Source: an uncultured bacterium
GTDB lineage: Bacteria > Patescibacteriota > Minisyncoccia > UBA6257 > GWB1-50-10
DNA: 64,000 nucleotides
Assembly: GCA_963768835.1 (NCBI GenBank)
Contig: CAVYJB010000002.1
Coordinates: 8,230-72,229, forward strand
Direction: 5' to 3'
The notes under the pieces are model-generated. The model had not been told where the DNA came from and made no database searches. It saw only the letters and a program-made list of their open reading frames with translations. This document shows, piece after piece, positions 18,188 to 27,896 of this stretch. Numbering within the stretch: position 1 is the stretch's first letter; the number at the start of each line of letters is the position of its first letter. The translations under genes and the position numbers were made by a program.

Positions 18188-19210
18188 CTAGATACCGAGG
18201 GCCGGCCGCTGGCTCTTCCGTTCCGACATCCGCTCAAATACCTCCTGCGCGAGAACGGCGACCGGCACCGCGAGGATCACGCCGATCAGCCCCCCGACGT
18301 GCGCCCCGGCGAGGACCGCGACAACCACGATCACGGGGTGCACCCGCATCGTGCGCCCCATGACGAGAGGCACGAGAATGTGATTCTCCAGCTGGTGCGC
18401 GAGGAAGGAGAACAGCACGACGTAGAGGCCGAGCGAGAACGACTGCCCCAGGGCCACCGCGAAGGCCACGGCGCCCGTGATGATGGGCCCGATGATAGGA
18501 ACGAGCTCGAAGGCGGCTCCGAGGACGCCGAGGACGAGCGGATACTGCACGCCCATCGCCCAGAGTCCGAGGCCGAAGACGAGCCCCATGATGGCGGAGA
18601 GCGCGAGCTGGGCGCCGAGCCACCGGCGGATCTTCAGCTTGAAGCGGTCGAAGACGCGGAGCACCATCTCCTCGTACGCGCTCGGGAGAATGCCCCGCAG
18701 GAGCCGGTCCGTGCCGTCATGGTCGACGGTGAGATAGAAGGAGATCATGATCGTCGCGATCACGAGAAGCAGCTGTGAGAAAAACCCGGCGATGGCGCCC
18801 GTGATCGAGAAGTTCGGGGAGGAAAAGAAATTCAGGGCGTCGGTAAAGGACATCGAGAAATTCTGCGAGACGGCGGCGGGGATGTTCAGCGCTGAGAGCG
18901 ACGCGAGGATGCGGTTCACCAAGGCCGCGAATCCGCCGAGCTCGATCGCGACGACCGGAATGACGAAATAGACGATAGCCGAGAGCACGATGAGCGCCGT
19001 GAGGAAAATGAGAAGCGTCCCTAGGATGCGCGGGATCTTGCGCGCCTCGAGCGCGCTCACGACCGGGTCGAACCCCAGGGAGAGCACGACGCCGATCAGA
19101 AGGACGCCCACCACCTGTCGCGCGAGGTAGAACACCACGACGAGGAGAAAGAGCATAAGGGTGCGCCACAACGTGGCCCACCCGATATTGATATTGATCC
19201 AGTCCTTCAT
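18188..19210 (-). CDS. AI-2E family transporter (PerM-like permease)
   Basis: 8 predicted TM segments; overall AI-2E topology; start overlaps upstream M16 gene stop (ATGA). Confidence 0.7.
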   Translation of the reverse strand: MKDWININIGWATLWRTLMLFLLVVVFYLARQVVGVLLIGVVLSLGFDPVVSALEARKIPRILGTLLIFLTALIVLSAIVYFVIPVVAIELGGFAALVNRILASLSALNIPAAVSQNFSMSFTDALNFFSSPNFSITGAIAGFFSQLLLVIATIMISFYLTVDHDGTDRLLRGILPSAYEEMVLRVFDRFKLKIRRWLGAQLALSAIMGLVFGLGLWAMGVQYPLVLGVLGAAFELVPIIGPIITGAVAFAVALGQSFSLGLYVVLFSFLAHQLENHILVPLVMGRTMRVHPVIVVVAVLAGAHVGGLIGVILAVPVAVLAQEVFERMSERKSQRPALGI

Positions 19211-20484
19211 CGCACCTTCAATATATCACCGAATGACCGGTCTTTGAACGGCCCGATCAGGGCAAAATTCAGCCCGGCGTCCACGATGAGGGCGCGGGCC
19301 ACCGCCTGGATGTCCTCCGGGGTGACCGCCTCCACCGAGGCCGCGGCCTCCTGGGGCGTCTTGAGGGGAAGCCCCATCACCTCCTGGCCGCCGTAGAAAT
19401 AGCCGAGATCGTCCGACCCCTCGAGGGAGAGGTAGAGGTTTCCGATGAGGTGGTCCTTGGCCCGCCGGAGGTCTTCGGGTTTCACCGCATCCTCGCGGAA
19501 CCGGACGAATTCCTCCAGGGAGGCCTTGAGAACCTCCTCCACCTTGCCGTGCGCGACGCCCGCCACCATCTCGAGGAGGCCGTGGTCGGAGTAGAGGTCC
19601 GTCGCCGCCCGCACGTAGTACGCGGCGCCGAGCTCCTCCCGCACGCGCTGGAAGAGCCGCGAGCCCATGCCGCCTCCCAGGATGTCCGCGAGCACCTGGA
19701 GAGCGTAACGGCGCGGGTCGAAGGTGTCGAAGGCGCGGAACCCGAGCACGAGATGGGTCTGGTCGGACTCCTTGAACTGGATCCGCTCCGCGGGCTTCGC
19801 CTGCGCCTCGACGACCTTCAGCTTCTCCCCTTTCTCGCCGCGCACGAGCGAGGCGAAGTGCTTCCCGATGAGCTTCAGGATCTCGGCCTCGTCCTCCCGG
19901 AACCCGCCGCAGATCAGGAGCGTCGTCGCCTGCGCGAGATAATGCTTCGAGCGGTAGCTGATGAAGTCCGCGCGGCCCAGCCGCTGGATGACTTCCTTGC
20001 GCCCCGCCACGCTCCAGCCCGCCGGCTGGTCGCCGTACACGAGTTCCATGAAAATTTCCTCCACCTTCCTCTGCGGAAGGTCCTCGTACATATTGATCTC
20101 CTCGATAATCACGCCCTTCTCTTTCTCGATCTCTGCGGGCTCGAAGGTGGGATGGAGATAGAGGTCCGCGACGATCTCGAGCGCCTTGGAAAACGCCTCG
20201 TTCCTGACCTTCGCGTAGTAGCTCGTGTACTCCTGGGATGTGAAGGCGTTGTACTGCGCGCCGAGGCCGTCGAGCTCGCCGGCGATGTCGATGGGACGGG
20301 GGCGGTCGGTCGTTCCCTTGAAGCACATGTGCTCCAGGAAATGCGAGAGGCCGTTCAGATCTTTCGTTTCGTACTTCGATCCCGCGCGCACGAGCACCGC
20401 GACGGTGGTCGCGAGACTCGCGGGCTGCGGCACGAGGAGAACTGTGAGGCCGTTCGGAAGTTGGAGGCGCTTGAAGTTCTGCAT
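19207..20484 (-). CDS. M16-family (pitrilysin/insulinase-like) zinc peptidase
   Basis: Inverted zinc-binding motif HFLEHMCF (HxxEH). Confidence 0.8.
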   Translation of the reverse strand: MQNFKRLQLPNGLTVLLVPQPASLATTVAVLVRAGSKYETKDLNGLSHFLEHMCFKGTTDRPRPIDIAGELDGLGAQYNAFTSQEYTSYYAKVRNEAFSKALEIVADLYLHPTFEPAEIEKEKGVIIEEINMYEDLPQRKVEEIFMELVYGDQPAGWSVAGRKEVIQRLGRADFISYRSKHYLAQATTLLICGGFREDEAEILKLIGKHFASLVRGEKGEKLKVVEAQAKPAERIQFKESDQTHLVLGFRAFDTFDPRRYALQVLADILGGGMGSRLFQRVREELGAAYYVRAATDLYSDHGLLEMVAGVAHGKVEEVLKASLEEFVRFREDAVKPEDLRRAKDHLIGNLYLSLEGSDDLGYFYGGQEVMGLPLKTPQEAAASVEAVTPEDIQAVARALIVDAGLNFALIGPFKDRSFGDILKVR

Positions 20485-20643
20485 GCGTTGATAGTACCGA
20501 ATAATAGAAGAAACGGCAACGTAGTTGCCGTTTCTTTCCTTGCGGGAGGGGTGGCGCGGAGCGGCTCCTCGGAAGATGGTACGGGGGAAGGGACCGGGTC
20601 GTTACCGGCCCCCGGCTCTTTTTCTGGTATACTAGGAAAAACG

Positions 20644-21111
20644 ATGCCGCAGGTAAGCGCAGGAATTCTCCTTTATAGAAGGTCGCCGCGGGGAATCGAG
20701 GTGCTTCTCGTGCACCCCGGCGGGCCCTTTTTCGTGCGCAAGGACAAGGGCGCCTGGAGCATCCCGAAAGGAGAGGTCCGGCTGGACGAGGATCTCGAGG
20801 CCGGCGCGCGGCGGGAGTTCTCCGAGGAGGTCGGCTCCGTCCCCTCGGGCGCTCTGGTGCCTATCGGCTCCGTGCGGCAGAAGAGCGGGAAGGTGGTCCA
20901 CGCCTGGGCCCTGGAAGGCGATTTCGACCTGGCGGGGTTCCGGAGCAACATAGCGACCCTCGAGTGGCCTCCCCGGTCGGGGCGCACCCAGGAGTTCCCC
21001 GAGGTGGACCGCGCGGAATTCTTCGGCATCCCGGAGGCGCGCGAGCGCATCAACGCCGCCCAGGCCGAGTTCCTCGACCGCCTCCTGGCAACCGTAACGA
21101 ACGGGGGGTAG
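20644..21111 (+). CDS. Nudix hydrolase
   Basis: Nudix box KGEVRLDEDLEAGARREFSEEVG; extended -10 TGGTATACT about 20 nt upstream. Confidence 0.8.
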   Translation: MPQVSAGILLYRRSPRGIEVLLVHPGGPFFVRKDKGAWSIPKGEVRLDEDLEAGARREFSEEVGSVPSGALVPIGSVRQKSGKVVHAWALEGDFDLAGFRSNIATLEWPPRSGRTQEFPEVDRAEFFGIPEARERINAAQAEFLDRLLATVTNGG

Positions 21112-21125
21112 AATCGTACCACCTC

Positions 21126-21704
21126 ATGGCACGCACTAAGAATGAGTTTGACCGCCTGGCGAAGCGCATGCAGCGCGGAGACGCAGGCGCCGCGGAGGAA
21201 CTCTACGGCCTCCTCGCGGAGAAGGTGTTCGGGTTCTGCATGAACCGGACGCGGGACCGCGGGCGCGCCGAGGACATCGCGCAGGACATCTTCCTGAAAC
21301 TGGTGGCGAAGATAGACCTCTACGACCCTGCGCGCGGAGGGTTTCTTGTGTGGTTCTGGCAGCTGGCCCGCAACACCGTCATCGATTCCTACCGCGGAGA
21401 GCGCGGCACCACCGCCTTCGCCGACATGGCGGTTCAGCCGGAAGAGGAGGCGTGGGACCCGGTCGAGGGGGCGCAAGACCCTGCGGAACAGCTGGATCTC
21501 CGCATGGAGCGCGAGCGCCTGGAACGCATTCTTGAAAAATGCACTCAGGAGGAACAGGATCTTTTCCGGCTCCGTTTTCTCGCGGAACTTCCTTACAGCG
21601 AGATCGCGACGATCCTCGGAAAGCCGCCCGGGACGCTCCGCGTAGCGGCCGCCCGCCTCCGGAGGAAAGTCAGGGAGGAATTTTCAAACCACGATCATGC
21701 TTAA
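21126..21704 (+). CDS. ECF-type RNA polymerase sigma-70 family factor
   Basis: Region 2 (DIAQDIFLKL...WFWQLARNTVIDSYR) and region 4 HTH (LPYSEIATILGKPPGTLRVAAARL). Confidence 0.85.
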   Translation: MARTKNEFDRLAKRMQRGDAGAAEELYGLLAEKVFGFCMNRTRDRGRAEDIAQDIFLKLVAKIDLYDPARGGFLVWFWQLARNTVIDSYRGERGTTAFADMAVQPEEEAWDPVEGAQDPAEQLDLRMERERLERILEKCTQEEQDLFRLRFLAELPYSEIATILGKPPGTLRVAAARLRRKVREEFSNHDHA

Positions 21705-22755
21705 ATCCATATTCAAAAGTAAAATCACGAAGCTCGTACGCCGCCTGTATCGGCCGCGCGAAGCGTTCGTCGAAAAAACGAGGGGGCTCTTCCTCTCGGC
21801 GTACTGGACCCGCTTCCCCAAAGCGCGCCCCGCGGTCGCGCATGCCCCGGCGAAGGGATGGCGCCTTGTGTTCCAGACCGGGGTCGCCACGCTCGGCGCC
21901 GCGGTCTTGGTGGGCGGCGCCACGGTCTACGCCGACTTCGGAAACGTGGGAGCCACGAGCATCCTCTACCCCCTGAAGCGCGAGGGGGAGCAGGTCCGCC
22001 TCGCCCTCACGCCGACGGCCGCCCAGCCGGCCCTTCACGCGGAGTTCGCGGCGCGCCGTCTCGCGGAGGTGGTGGCGGTGCAGGCGGCAGAACCGACGAG
22101 CCCCCAAACCGCCCAGCTCGCCAATGATTTCCACACGGAACTGAAGCTGTCCCTCGCGGGGCTCGCGTCGGCCGAGTCCCCGCTCCCCACCACTCCTCCT
22201 GCTGCCGCACCCGAAGCCTCGGCAACCCCGGTGGTCTCGACGAGCACGCTTCCCCCGGTGCCCGCTTCTCTTCCGATCCAAATCGTCCCTCCTCCGCAGG
22301 GCGCCTCGAGCACGAGCACGCCGTGGTCGCACCGCCATCATCCTTGGCCGCAGCCACCGCAGCAAGTGATTGTCGCCACCTCGGTGCCTCCCCAGCCGCC
22401 GGTTCCTCCTCCTTTCCCCGAACATGGGTCCTTGCCCTTGCCGTTCCCCGCGAATCCGCTCGCGACCTCCGCTTCTCCCGTCGCGCCGTCCGGCGAGTCC
22501 GCGACGCCGGGGTTCCGCTCGATGCCTGTGTGCGGAGAACTGCGGCGCCTTTTCGAAACGAAGGTTCAGGACGCCCGGAACGCCATCGACGGGGACGAGA
22601 GCCTGAACAGCGCGTTCCAGAGCACCTGTGACGGCCCGTCCGGGACTCCGGCGGCCTCGGCCCCGACCGACCTGAGCTCCTCGACTCCGAACGGATCCGG
22701 CAGTTCTCCGAGACACCGGCGGACGGGGGCGCGGAGGGAACAACTAAACCGATAA
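21697..22755 (+). CDS. putative anti-sigma factor / membrane protein with Pro-rich C-terminus
   Basis: 8-nt overlap with sigma gene (translational coupling); single TM (GVATLGAAVLVGGATVY); long PT-rich tail. Confidence 0.5.
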   Translation: MLKSIFKSKITKLVRRLYRPREAFVEKTRGLFLSAYWTRFPKARPAVAHAPAKGWRLVFQTGVATLGAAVLVGGATVYADFGNVGATSILYPLKREGEQVRLALTPTAAQPALHAEFAARRLAEVVAVQAAEPTSPQTAQLANDFHTELKLSLAGLASAESPLPTTPPAAAPEASATPVVSTSTLPPVPASLPIQIVPPPQGASSTSTPWSHRHHPWPQPPQQVIVATSVPPQPPVPPPFPEHGSLPLPFPANPLATSASPVAPSGESATPGFRSMPVCGELRRLFETKVQDARNAIDGDESLNSAFQSTCDGPSGTPAASAPTDLSSSTPNGSGSSPRHRRTGARREQLNR

Positions 22756-22788
22756 TTAAAAACCCCCGGTCCATGACCGGGGGTTTTT

Positions 22789-23592
22789 CTATTTCAGTTT
22801 TTGGAGCAGCTGCTGGAGCGTCGCCTGCAGCTCAAGGAGTTCGTTATTAGCGGAAATTTTTTGTATCTCGTCCTGCGAGAGGGCTTTGGCTTGGCAGCTT
22901 TGGTACTCGTGCGTGAGACTCCCGAAGTACGCCCAGACGCGGCGCAGGGTTCCGTCCGCGTTCGTCCGCCAATCCACGTCGTCGAGACCTGGTACGAACC
23001 AGTCCGACCAGATGCCGGAGAGCCACTTAATCCTGTACTTCATGATGTCGGTGTGCTGCCAGGCGTCCAGCCCCAGCTTCGCGTAGGAGTCGTTCCCCAG
23101 AGGCCCTTCCCGCACCGTGGTCGTCGCGGGGCACGAGGGCGGGACGAACGAGGAGATAATTTTCAGGAAACCGTAGCTCATCGCCTGGTAGGCGGGGGTG
23201 CTCGAGGTGCCTCCCACGGAAACCCGCACCCGGAATTGCTGGCCCACGAGCGCGTTGTTCGTTACTGTCCAGGTGGTCCGGCCCGAGTGGGAACCGTCCG
23301 GGGCGAGAAACGTGCTGGAAGAATTGAAACCCGTGAGCGTGATGCCCCGCACGGTATCCACGAACTCAATCCTCGGATGCGCTTTCGCCAGAGAAGCGGG
23401 GACGCCGCCGGTGGTCCAGGCAATGACGTAGGTCTCCCCTACCTGCCACTCCTCGCCTCCGTGCGGCGTGATGACGGCGAAGGTCGAGGGAGAAATGGAG
23501 ACCGCCGGGTTCGTTTGCGCGTGACCGAAGAACGGCACCAGGAACAGGCCAGCGGCCACCAAGAGGATCGGGGCAGTGAGAGAGCGGCGCAT
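22789..23592 (-). CDS. secreted hypothetical protein
   Basis: Signal peptide MRRSLTAPILLVAAGLFLVPFFGHAQT. Confidence 0.55.
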   Translation of the reverse strand: MRRSLTAPILLVAAGLFLVPFFGHAQTNPAVSISPSTFAVITPHGGEEWQVGETYVIAWTTGGVPASLAKAHPRIEFVDTVRGITLTGFNSSSTFLAPDGSHSGRTTWTVTNNALVGQQFRVRVSVGGTSSTPAYQAMSYGFLKIISSFVPPSCPATTTVREGPLGNDSYAKLGLDAWQHTDIMKYRIKWLSGIWSDWFVPGLDDVDWRTNADGTLRRVWAYFGSLTHEYQSCQAKALSQDEIQKISANNELLELQATLQQLLQKLK

Positions 23593-23672
23593 GGGTACAG
23601 CGTATCACACTTCATGCACCGACAAAACGACCGCCGCATCAATCACCTCCGCGATCGTGAGGTGCTTCGCTC

Positions 23673-23927
23673 TCAGTCACGTCCCAGCATTTTGAACGCT
23701 TTTTTGTACTCACCTAGGGCCTTATCGACAGCCCGCTCGATGTCCCGCTTCTTTTCTTGGCCGATTGTCTTTCCTAGAGCCTCGAGGATGGCCTCATGGC
23801 GTACGATGTAGTTCCTGCCTACTTTCTCGGCATGGATTTTCCCCAGCTTGATCCGGTTGAAAACAGCCACACGGCTGATGCGTAGAATCTGCGCCGTCTC
23901 GGTCGTAGAGTAAAATTCTTTAGGCAT
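23673..23927 (-). CDS. small helix-turn-helix (excisionase/MerR-like) DNA-binding protein
   Basis: N-terminal HTH (TAQILRISRVAVFNRIKLGKI); apparently leaderless, with palindrome directly upstream. Confidence 0.65.
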   Translation of the reverse strand: MPKEFYSTTETAQILRISRVAVFNRIKLGKIHAEKVGRNYIVRHEAILEALGKTIGQEKKRDIERAVDKALGEYKKAFKMLGRD

Positions 23928-23933
23928 AGGGGT

Positions 23934-23955
23934 ATATTAACATATGTTAACATAC
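23934..23955 (-). promoter_or_regulatory. palindromic operator TATTAACATATGTTAACATA overlapping -10 (TAATAT) of the HTH gene
   Basis: Perfect inverted repeat TTAACAT/ATGTTAA 7 nt upstream of the ATG. Confidence 0.5.
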
Positions 23956-24027
23956 GAAAAAGGTCCCCTGTCTCTATATTGATTGGGGGTTAAGAGATAG
24001 TTCCCAATATTCTCCACCTAGTACCGT

Positions 24028-25326
24028 CTATGCCAGCTTCCCCCTCAGGTACGCGGGAAGTTCGTCGATCTTCACCCGCGTCTGCTCCATCGAATCGCGG
24101 TCGCGGATCGTGACATCTGTTTTCTCGAGCGAGTCGAAGTCCACCGTGAGGCAGTACGGTGTGCCCGCCTCGTCCTGCGCGCGGTAGCGCTTCCCGATGT
24201 TCCCGCGGTCGTCCCACGCCACGTTCCAATCCTTCCGGAGGTGCTCGTAGATGCTCCGGGCGAGCTTCACGAGCTCCGGCTTGTTCTGGAGGAGCGGGAA
24301 GACGGCCGCCTTGTACGGCGCGAGCTTCGGGTGGAGTTTCAGCACCACCCGTTCCTTCTCCTCGCGGTACGCGTCGCAGAGCACGGCAAGCGCGATGCGC
24401 TCCACCCCCGCGGAGGGTTCGATGACGAACGGCGCGTAGCGCTCCTTCGCCTCCTCGTCGAAGTACGTCAGGTCCTTGCCGGACGCCTTCATGTGCGCCG
24501 AGAGGTCGAAGTTGCCGCGGTTCGCGACCCCCTCGATCTCCTGCCAGCCGGATGGGAACTCGTACTCGATGTCCGTCGTCGCTTTGGAGTAGTGGGCGCG
24601 CTCCTCCTTCGCCTGCTCCCTCTTCCGCACATGCTGGAGACCGATGCTCGCGTACCAGGCGAACCGCCGCTCGACCCATTCCTCGAAGAACCGGTCGTCC
24701 TCGCCGGGCTTCACGAAATACTCGAGTTCCATCTGCTCGAACTCCCGCGTGCGGAAGACAAAATCGCGGGGGTTGATCTCGTTCCGGAAGGCCTTCCCGA
24801 TCTGCGCGACGCCGAACGGGATCCGCACCCGCACCGTGTCCACCACGTTCCGGAAATTCACGAAGATGCCGCCCGCGGTCTCGGGCCGGAGATACGCCAC
24901 GGAGGCCGTGTCCTCGGCGGGCCCGACGTGGGTCTTGAACATGAGATTGAACTGCTTGGACTCCGTGAGCGCGCCGCCGCAGTCGGGGCATTTCCCGCCC
25001 CCCACCTGGTCGGCCCGGAACCGGTGGTGGCACTTCTTGCACTCGACGAGCGGGTCGGAGAAGCCGCTCACGTGCCCCGAGGCCTCCCACGCGCGCGGAT
25101 TCATGATGATGGCTGCCGAGAGCCCCACGACGTCGTCGCGGAGCTGCACGTTTTCGCGCCACCATGCCTGCTTGATGTTGAACTTGAGCTCGACCCCCAG
25201 GGGTCCCCAGTCGTAGAAACCGCCGAGCCCGCCGTAGATCTCGCTCCCGGGATAGATGAAGCCGCGCCGCTTGGCGAGCGACACGATCTTCTCGAACACC
25301 TCGGGCGCGGCTTCCTTCTTCGGCAT
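24028..25326 (-). CDS. glyQS: glycyl-tRNA synthetase (class II, dimeric GlyQS type)
   Basis: Class II motifs; GlyRS N-terminus MPKKEAAPEVFEKIVSLAKRRGFIYPGSEIYGG; start ATG 25326 lies 4 nt past upstream gene stop. Confidence 0.9.
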   Translation of the reverse strand: MPKKEAAPEVFEKIVSLAKRRGFIYPGSEIYGGLGGFYDWGPLGVELKFNIKQAWWRENVQLRDDVVGLSAAIIMNPRAWEASGHVSGFSDPLVECKKCHHRFRADQVGGGKCPDCGGALTESKQFNLMFKTHVGPAEDTASVAYLRPETAGGIFVNFRNVVDTVRVRIPFGVAQIGKAFRNEINPRDFVFRTREFEQMELEYFVKPGEDDRFFEEWVERRFAWYASIGLQHVRKREQAKEERAHYSKATTDIEYEFPSGWQEIEGVANRGNFDLSAHMKASGKDLTYFDEEAKERYAPFVIEPSAGVERIALAVLCDAYREEKERVVLKLHPKLAPYKAAVFPLLQNKPELVKLARSIYEHLRKDWNVAWDDRGNIGKRYRAQDEAGTPYCLTVDFDSLEKTDVTIRDRDSMEQTRVKIDELPAYLRGKLA

Positions 25327-25330
25327 TCCG

Positions 25331-27256
25331 CTAAGGTACCACCCTTCCGCCGTTTTGACCAACCGTGGGATCGTCGGGGAGCGCGGTCGTGAGCCCGACG
25401 CCCTGGCTCGCGAGGCTCGAGCTCGTGAAATCGTCCGTGGCCGTGAGGGCGGTCTCGCCGACCAGAGGTTCGAACTGCCCCACCTCCGTGGCGTTGGGCG
25501 TCGCCTGGATCTTGAACGTGGCTTCGAGAGGATCGTCGATGACGCCCTTCGTGGCCGCGATCGTGGGAATCGTCCACGTCACCTCCTGGGTCCGGTCGTC
25601 ATAGAGGGGGACGGAGTCCGTGTTGCTATTGACGGTCCCGGTCCACGCGACGCCCGAAGCGAGGAAGGCGTGGACCAGCACGTCCGAGACGTCGGTCGCG
25701 TAATTGCGGATGATCCAGTGCACCGTGTACTGCGTCGGCTGGTTTACCTGCGGCGGGAAGGGACCCGTATTCAGGACGCCGGAGCCCGCGTCGCGGAAGT
25801 ACGCCTTCGCGTCGATCCCTACCTCTCCCGCCACGCGCGTCTCGAGCATCTGGGACGCGGAGGTCTGGTCCGCCTTCAGGTAGTACGGGACCGAGGGGGA
25901 GGTCATGTTGACGTCGATGCGCACCACGTAGTTCTTGTCGCCCAGCTGGCGGATGGGGAACGTCGGAACGAGCTTCACGTTCGCCGTGAGGTCCCCGGAG
26001 GCTCCCGGATCAAGGAGGCGCAGCGCCGGCTCGTTCGACGCGTTCCATGTGAGGATGTCCGAGACGGAATCGATGTTCGCATCGGTCTGGATGCTCGTGG
26101 GGTCGATGAGCTCCCCCGTGAGCGTGGCCTTGACGACGGTGTCCGCGAGCGCGATGCCGCTCAGGTTCTGGTAGTGGATGGTGTAGGTGAGCGTGTCGCC
26201 GATCCGGGCCACGTAGTCGGACTGCCCGTTCAGGAGCACCTGCAGACCGATCGGCGAGGGGGCGAGCGTGAGGTTCAGAACCTGGTCCGCGATCGGGTAG
26301 TCCTGCCCGTTGAAGTTGGCGGAGACGGTGATGGGAATGCTGAACTGGCTTTGGTCCGTCCCCTGGAGTTCCCCTTTGATCTCGAGCGTGCCCGTGGACC
26401 CATGGTTCAGGGCCCCGAGCCGCCAGTAATTGTTCAGGGAATCCGGCGGCAGGCTCGCGGAGTCGAACTTGAACGCGTCGGGGTACTGGGCTTGGAGCGT
26501 CACGTCAGGGAAATCGAAGTCGGAGGTATTCTGGTACTGCACGTCGAACGTGAACGCGGACCCGTTCATGACCTGGTCGGGTTTTGTGATCGTCACCACG
26601 ATGCCGGGGTCGGTGATGGAAAGATCCTGGCTGGCGTTCGCCTCGAAGCGCGCGCTTCCGCCCGCGCCGTAGGAGAGCGAGATGGGGACGCGCTGGAGCG
26701 AGTTCACGTCGCCGATGGGGAGGAATTGATAGGTCCGTTTCACGACCAGGCCACCTCCGACGTCCCCGATGTCGTCCGTCACCGAGCCGGACTGGGTTCC
26801 AAGGCCGCCGAGGTTCACGAGGCCGGGCGGCAAGTGAATGGTCAGCGTGCCGCTCTGGATGAGGGATTCGGAGCCGTTCGCGAGGTTCACGGTGAAATCG
26901 AAGGGCACGCCGCGGGCCACGCTGCTCGGGGCGACCGCCGTGATGGTGACGGACTGCTTGCTGGCGCTGCCGCCGAACACGAACCAGGCACCCACACCGA
27001 TGACAAGAAGGAGGAACACCCCGATGCTGATCAGGACGGCCGGTCTCCAGAAAAAGTGCCGCTTTTCATCCGGAGATCCCGGTTCCGGAGGAGGAGTCTT
27101 CCCCTGCGTGCCCTCGAGCCCGGTCCAGGTCTCCGGGACGGACTCCCGCACCGGAATGCTGGGGCTGTGCCGGGAGCGGATGCCGTCGGAGGAGGCCGCT
27201 TCCTTCGGGCTGGGGCGCCGGGAGTAGATCTTGCGTTCGAGGTCTTCGAGAGACAT
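25331..27256 (-). CDS. large membrane-anchored surface protein with repeated beta-sandwich (DUF11/CARDB-like) region
   Basis: Cytoplasmic N-terminus, one TM (VLISIGVFLLLVIGVGAWFVF), about 540-aa extracellular Thr/Ser-rich repetitive region. Confidence 0.55.
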   Translation of the reverse strand: MSLEDLERKIYSRRPSPKEAASSDGIRSRHSPSIPVRESVPETWTGLEGTQGKTPPPEPGSPDEKRHFFWRPAVLISIGVFLLLVIGVGAWFVFGGSASKQSVTITAVAPSSVARGVPFDFTVNLANGSESLIQSGTLTIHLPPGLVNLGGLGTQSGSVTDDIGDVGGGLVVKRTYQFLPIGDVNSLQRVPISLSYGAGGSARFEANASQDLSITDPGIVVTITKPDQVMNGSAFTFDVQYQNTSDFDFPDVTLQAQYPDAFKFDSASLPPDSLNNYWRLGALNHGSTGTLEIKGELQGTDQSQFSIPITVSANFNGQDYPIADQVLNLTLAPSPIGLQVLLNGQSDYVARIGDTLTYTIHYQNLSGIALADTVVKATLTGELIDPTSIQTDANIDSVSDILTWNASNEPALRLLDPGASGDLTANVKLVPTFPIRQLGDKNYVVRIDVNMTSPSVPYYLKADQTSASQMLETRVAGEVGIDAKAYFRDAGSGVLNTGPFPPQVNQPTQYTVHWIIRNYATDVSDVLVHAFLASGVAWTGTVNSNTDSVPLYDDRTQEVTWTIPTIAATKGVIDDPLEATFKIQATPNATEVGQFEPLVGETALTATDDFTSSSLASQGVGLTTALPDDPTVGQNGGRVVP

Positions 27257-27325
27257 GGAGAGAGAAATGAAAAATCGAAATCGAGGGGCTAAAACGGGTG
27301 CCGGGACCTTCCGTTCCGCGCTTCC

Positions 27326-27892
27326 CTACCTTGATCGCGGCGTTCGGGCGGGCGACCGGTTGCCCATATATATTAGCGCATTCTCCGGGTACTGGACAGC
27401 GCAGGCGGCGCAGAGAAAGCTCTGCGTGGGAATCACGAAATGCGTGACGGCGCCGCCGCACTGCGCGCATCGGGCGTGGCGCGGATCGTAGCCGAGCAGC
27501 CGGAGGAGCGTCCGGAGATCCCCGTCCCGTTCACGGAGCATGTGCAGTAGACAGTACCACACGCGCACGTCCGGGCTCTCGGCCGGCAGAAGGGCCATGA
27601 GGAGGAACGCCGCGCGGAGCGCCTCGGAGAGCGCGCGCACGTCGTGGCGCATCGTCCGTGCGCGGTCCCGCGTGACCGCGTCCGCCACGGTGAAGTGGTT
27701 CTTCCGGACGAGGCGGACCGTGACGACGTTCAGGGGATCGAGGTGCCCCGAGAATTTCGAGAGCAGGCGCCGACCGCCGACCACGCGGGCGTCGACGCGG
27801 CCGAACTCCTTCGTGAGAAGCGTGACGGTCTGGTCCGCCTCGCGGGAGGACCGCTTCCCCAGCACGATCGCCTCTACGACGTATTCACGCAT
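27326..27892 (-). CDS. recO: DNA repair protein RecO
   Basis: N-terminal OB-fold pattern; C-terminal zinc finger CAQCGG...CAAC. Confidence 0.75.
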   Translation of the reverse strand: MREYVVEAIVLGKRSSREADQTVTLLTKEFGRVDARVVGGRRLLSKFSGHLDPLNVVTVRLVRKNHFTVADAVTRDRARTMRHDVRALSEALRAAFLLMALLPAESPDVRVWYCLLHMLRERDGDLRTLLRLLGYDPRHARCAQCGGAVTHFVIPTQSFLCAACAVQYPENALIYMGNRSPARTPRSR

Positions 27893-27896
27893 GGCA

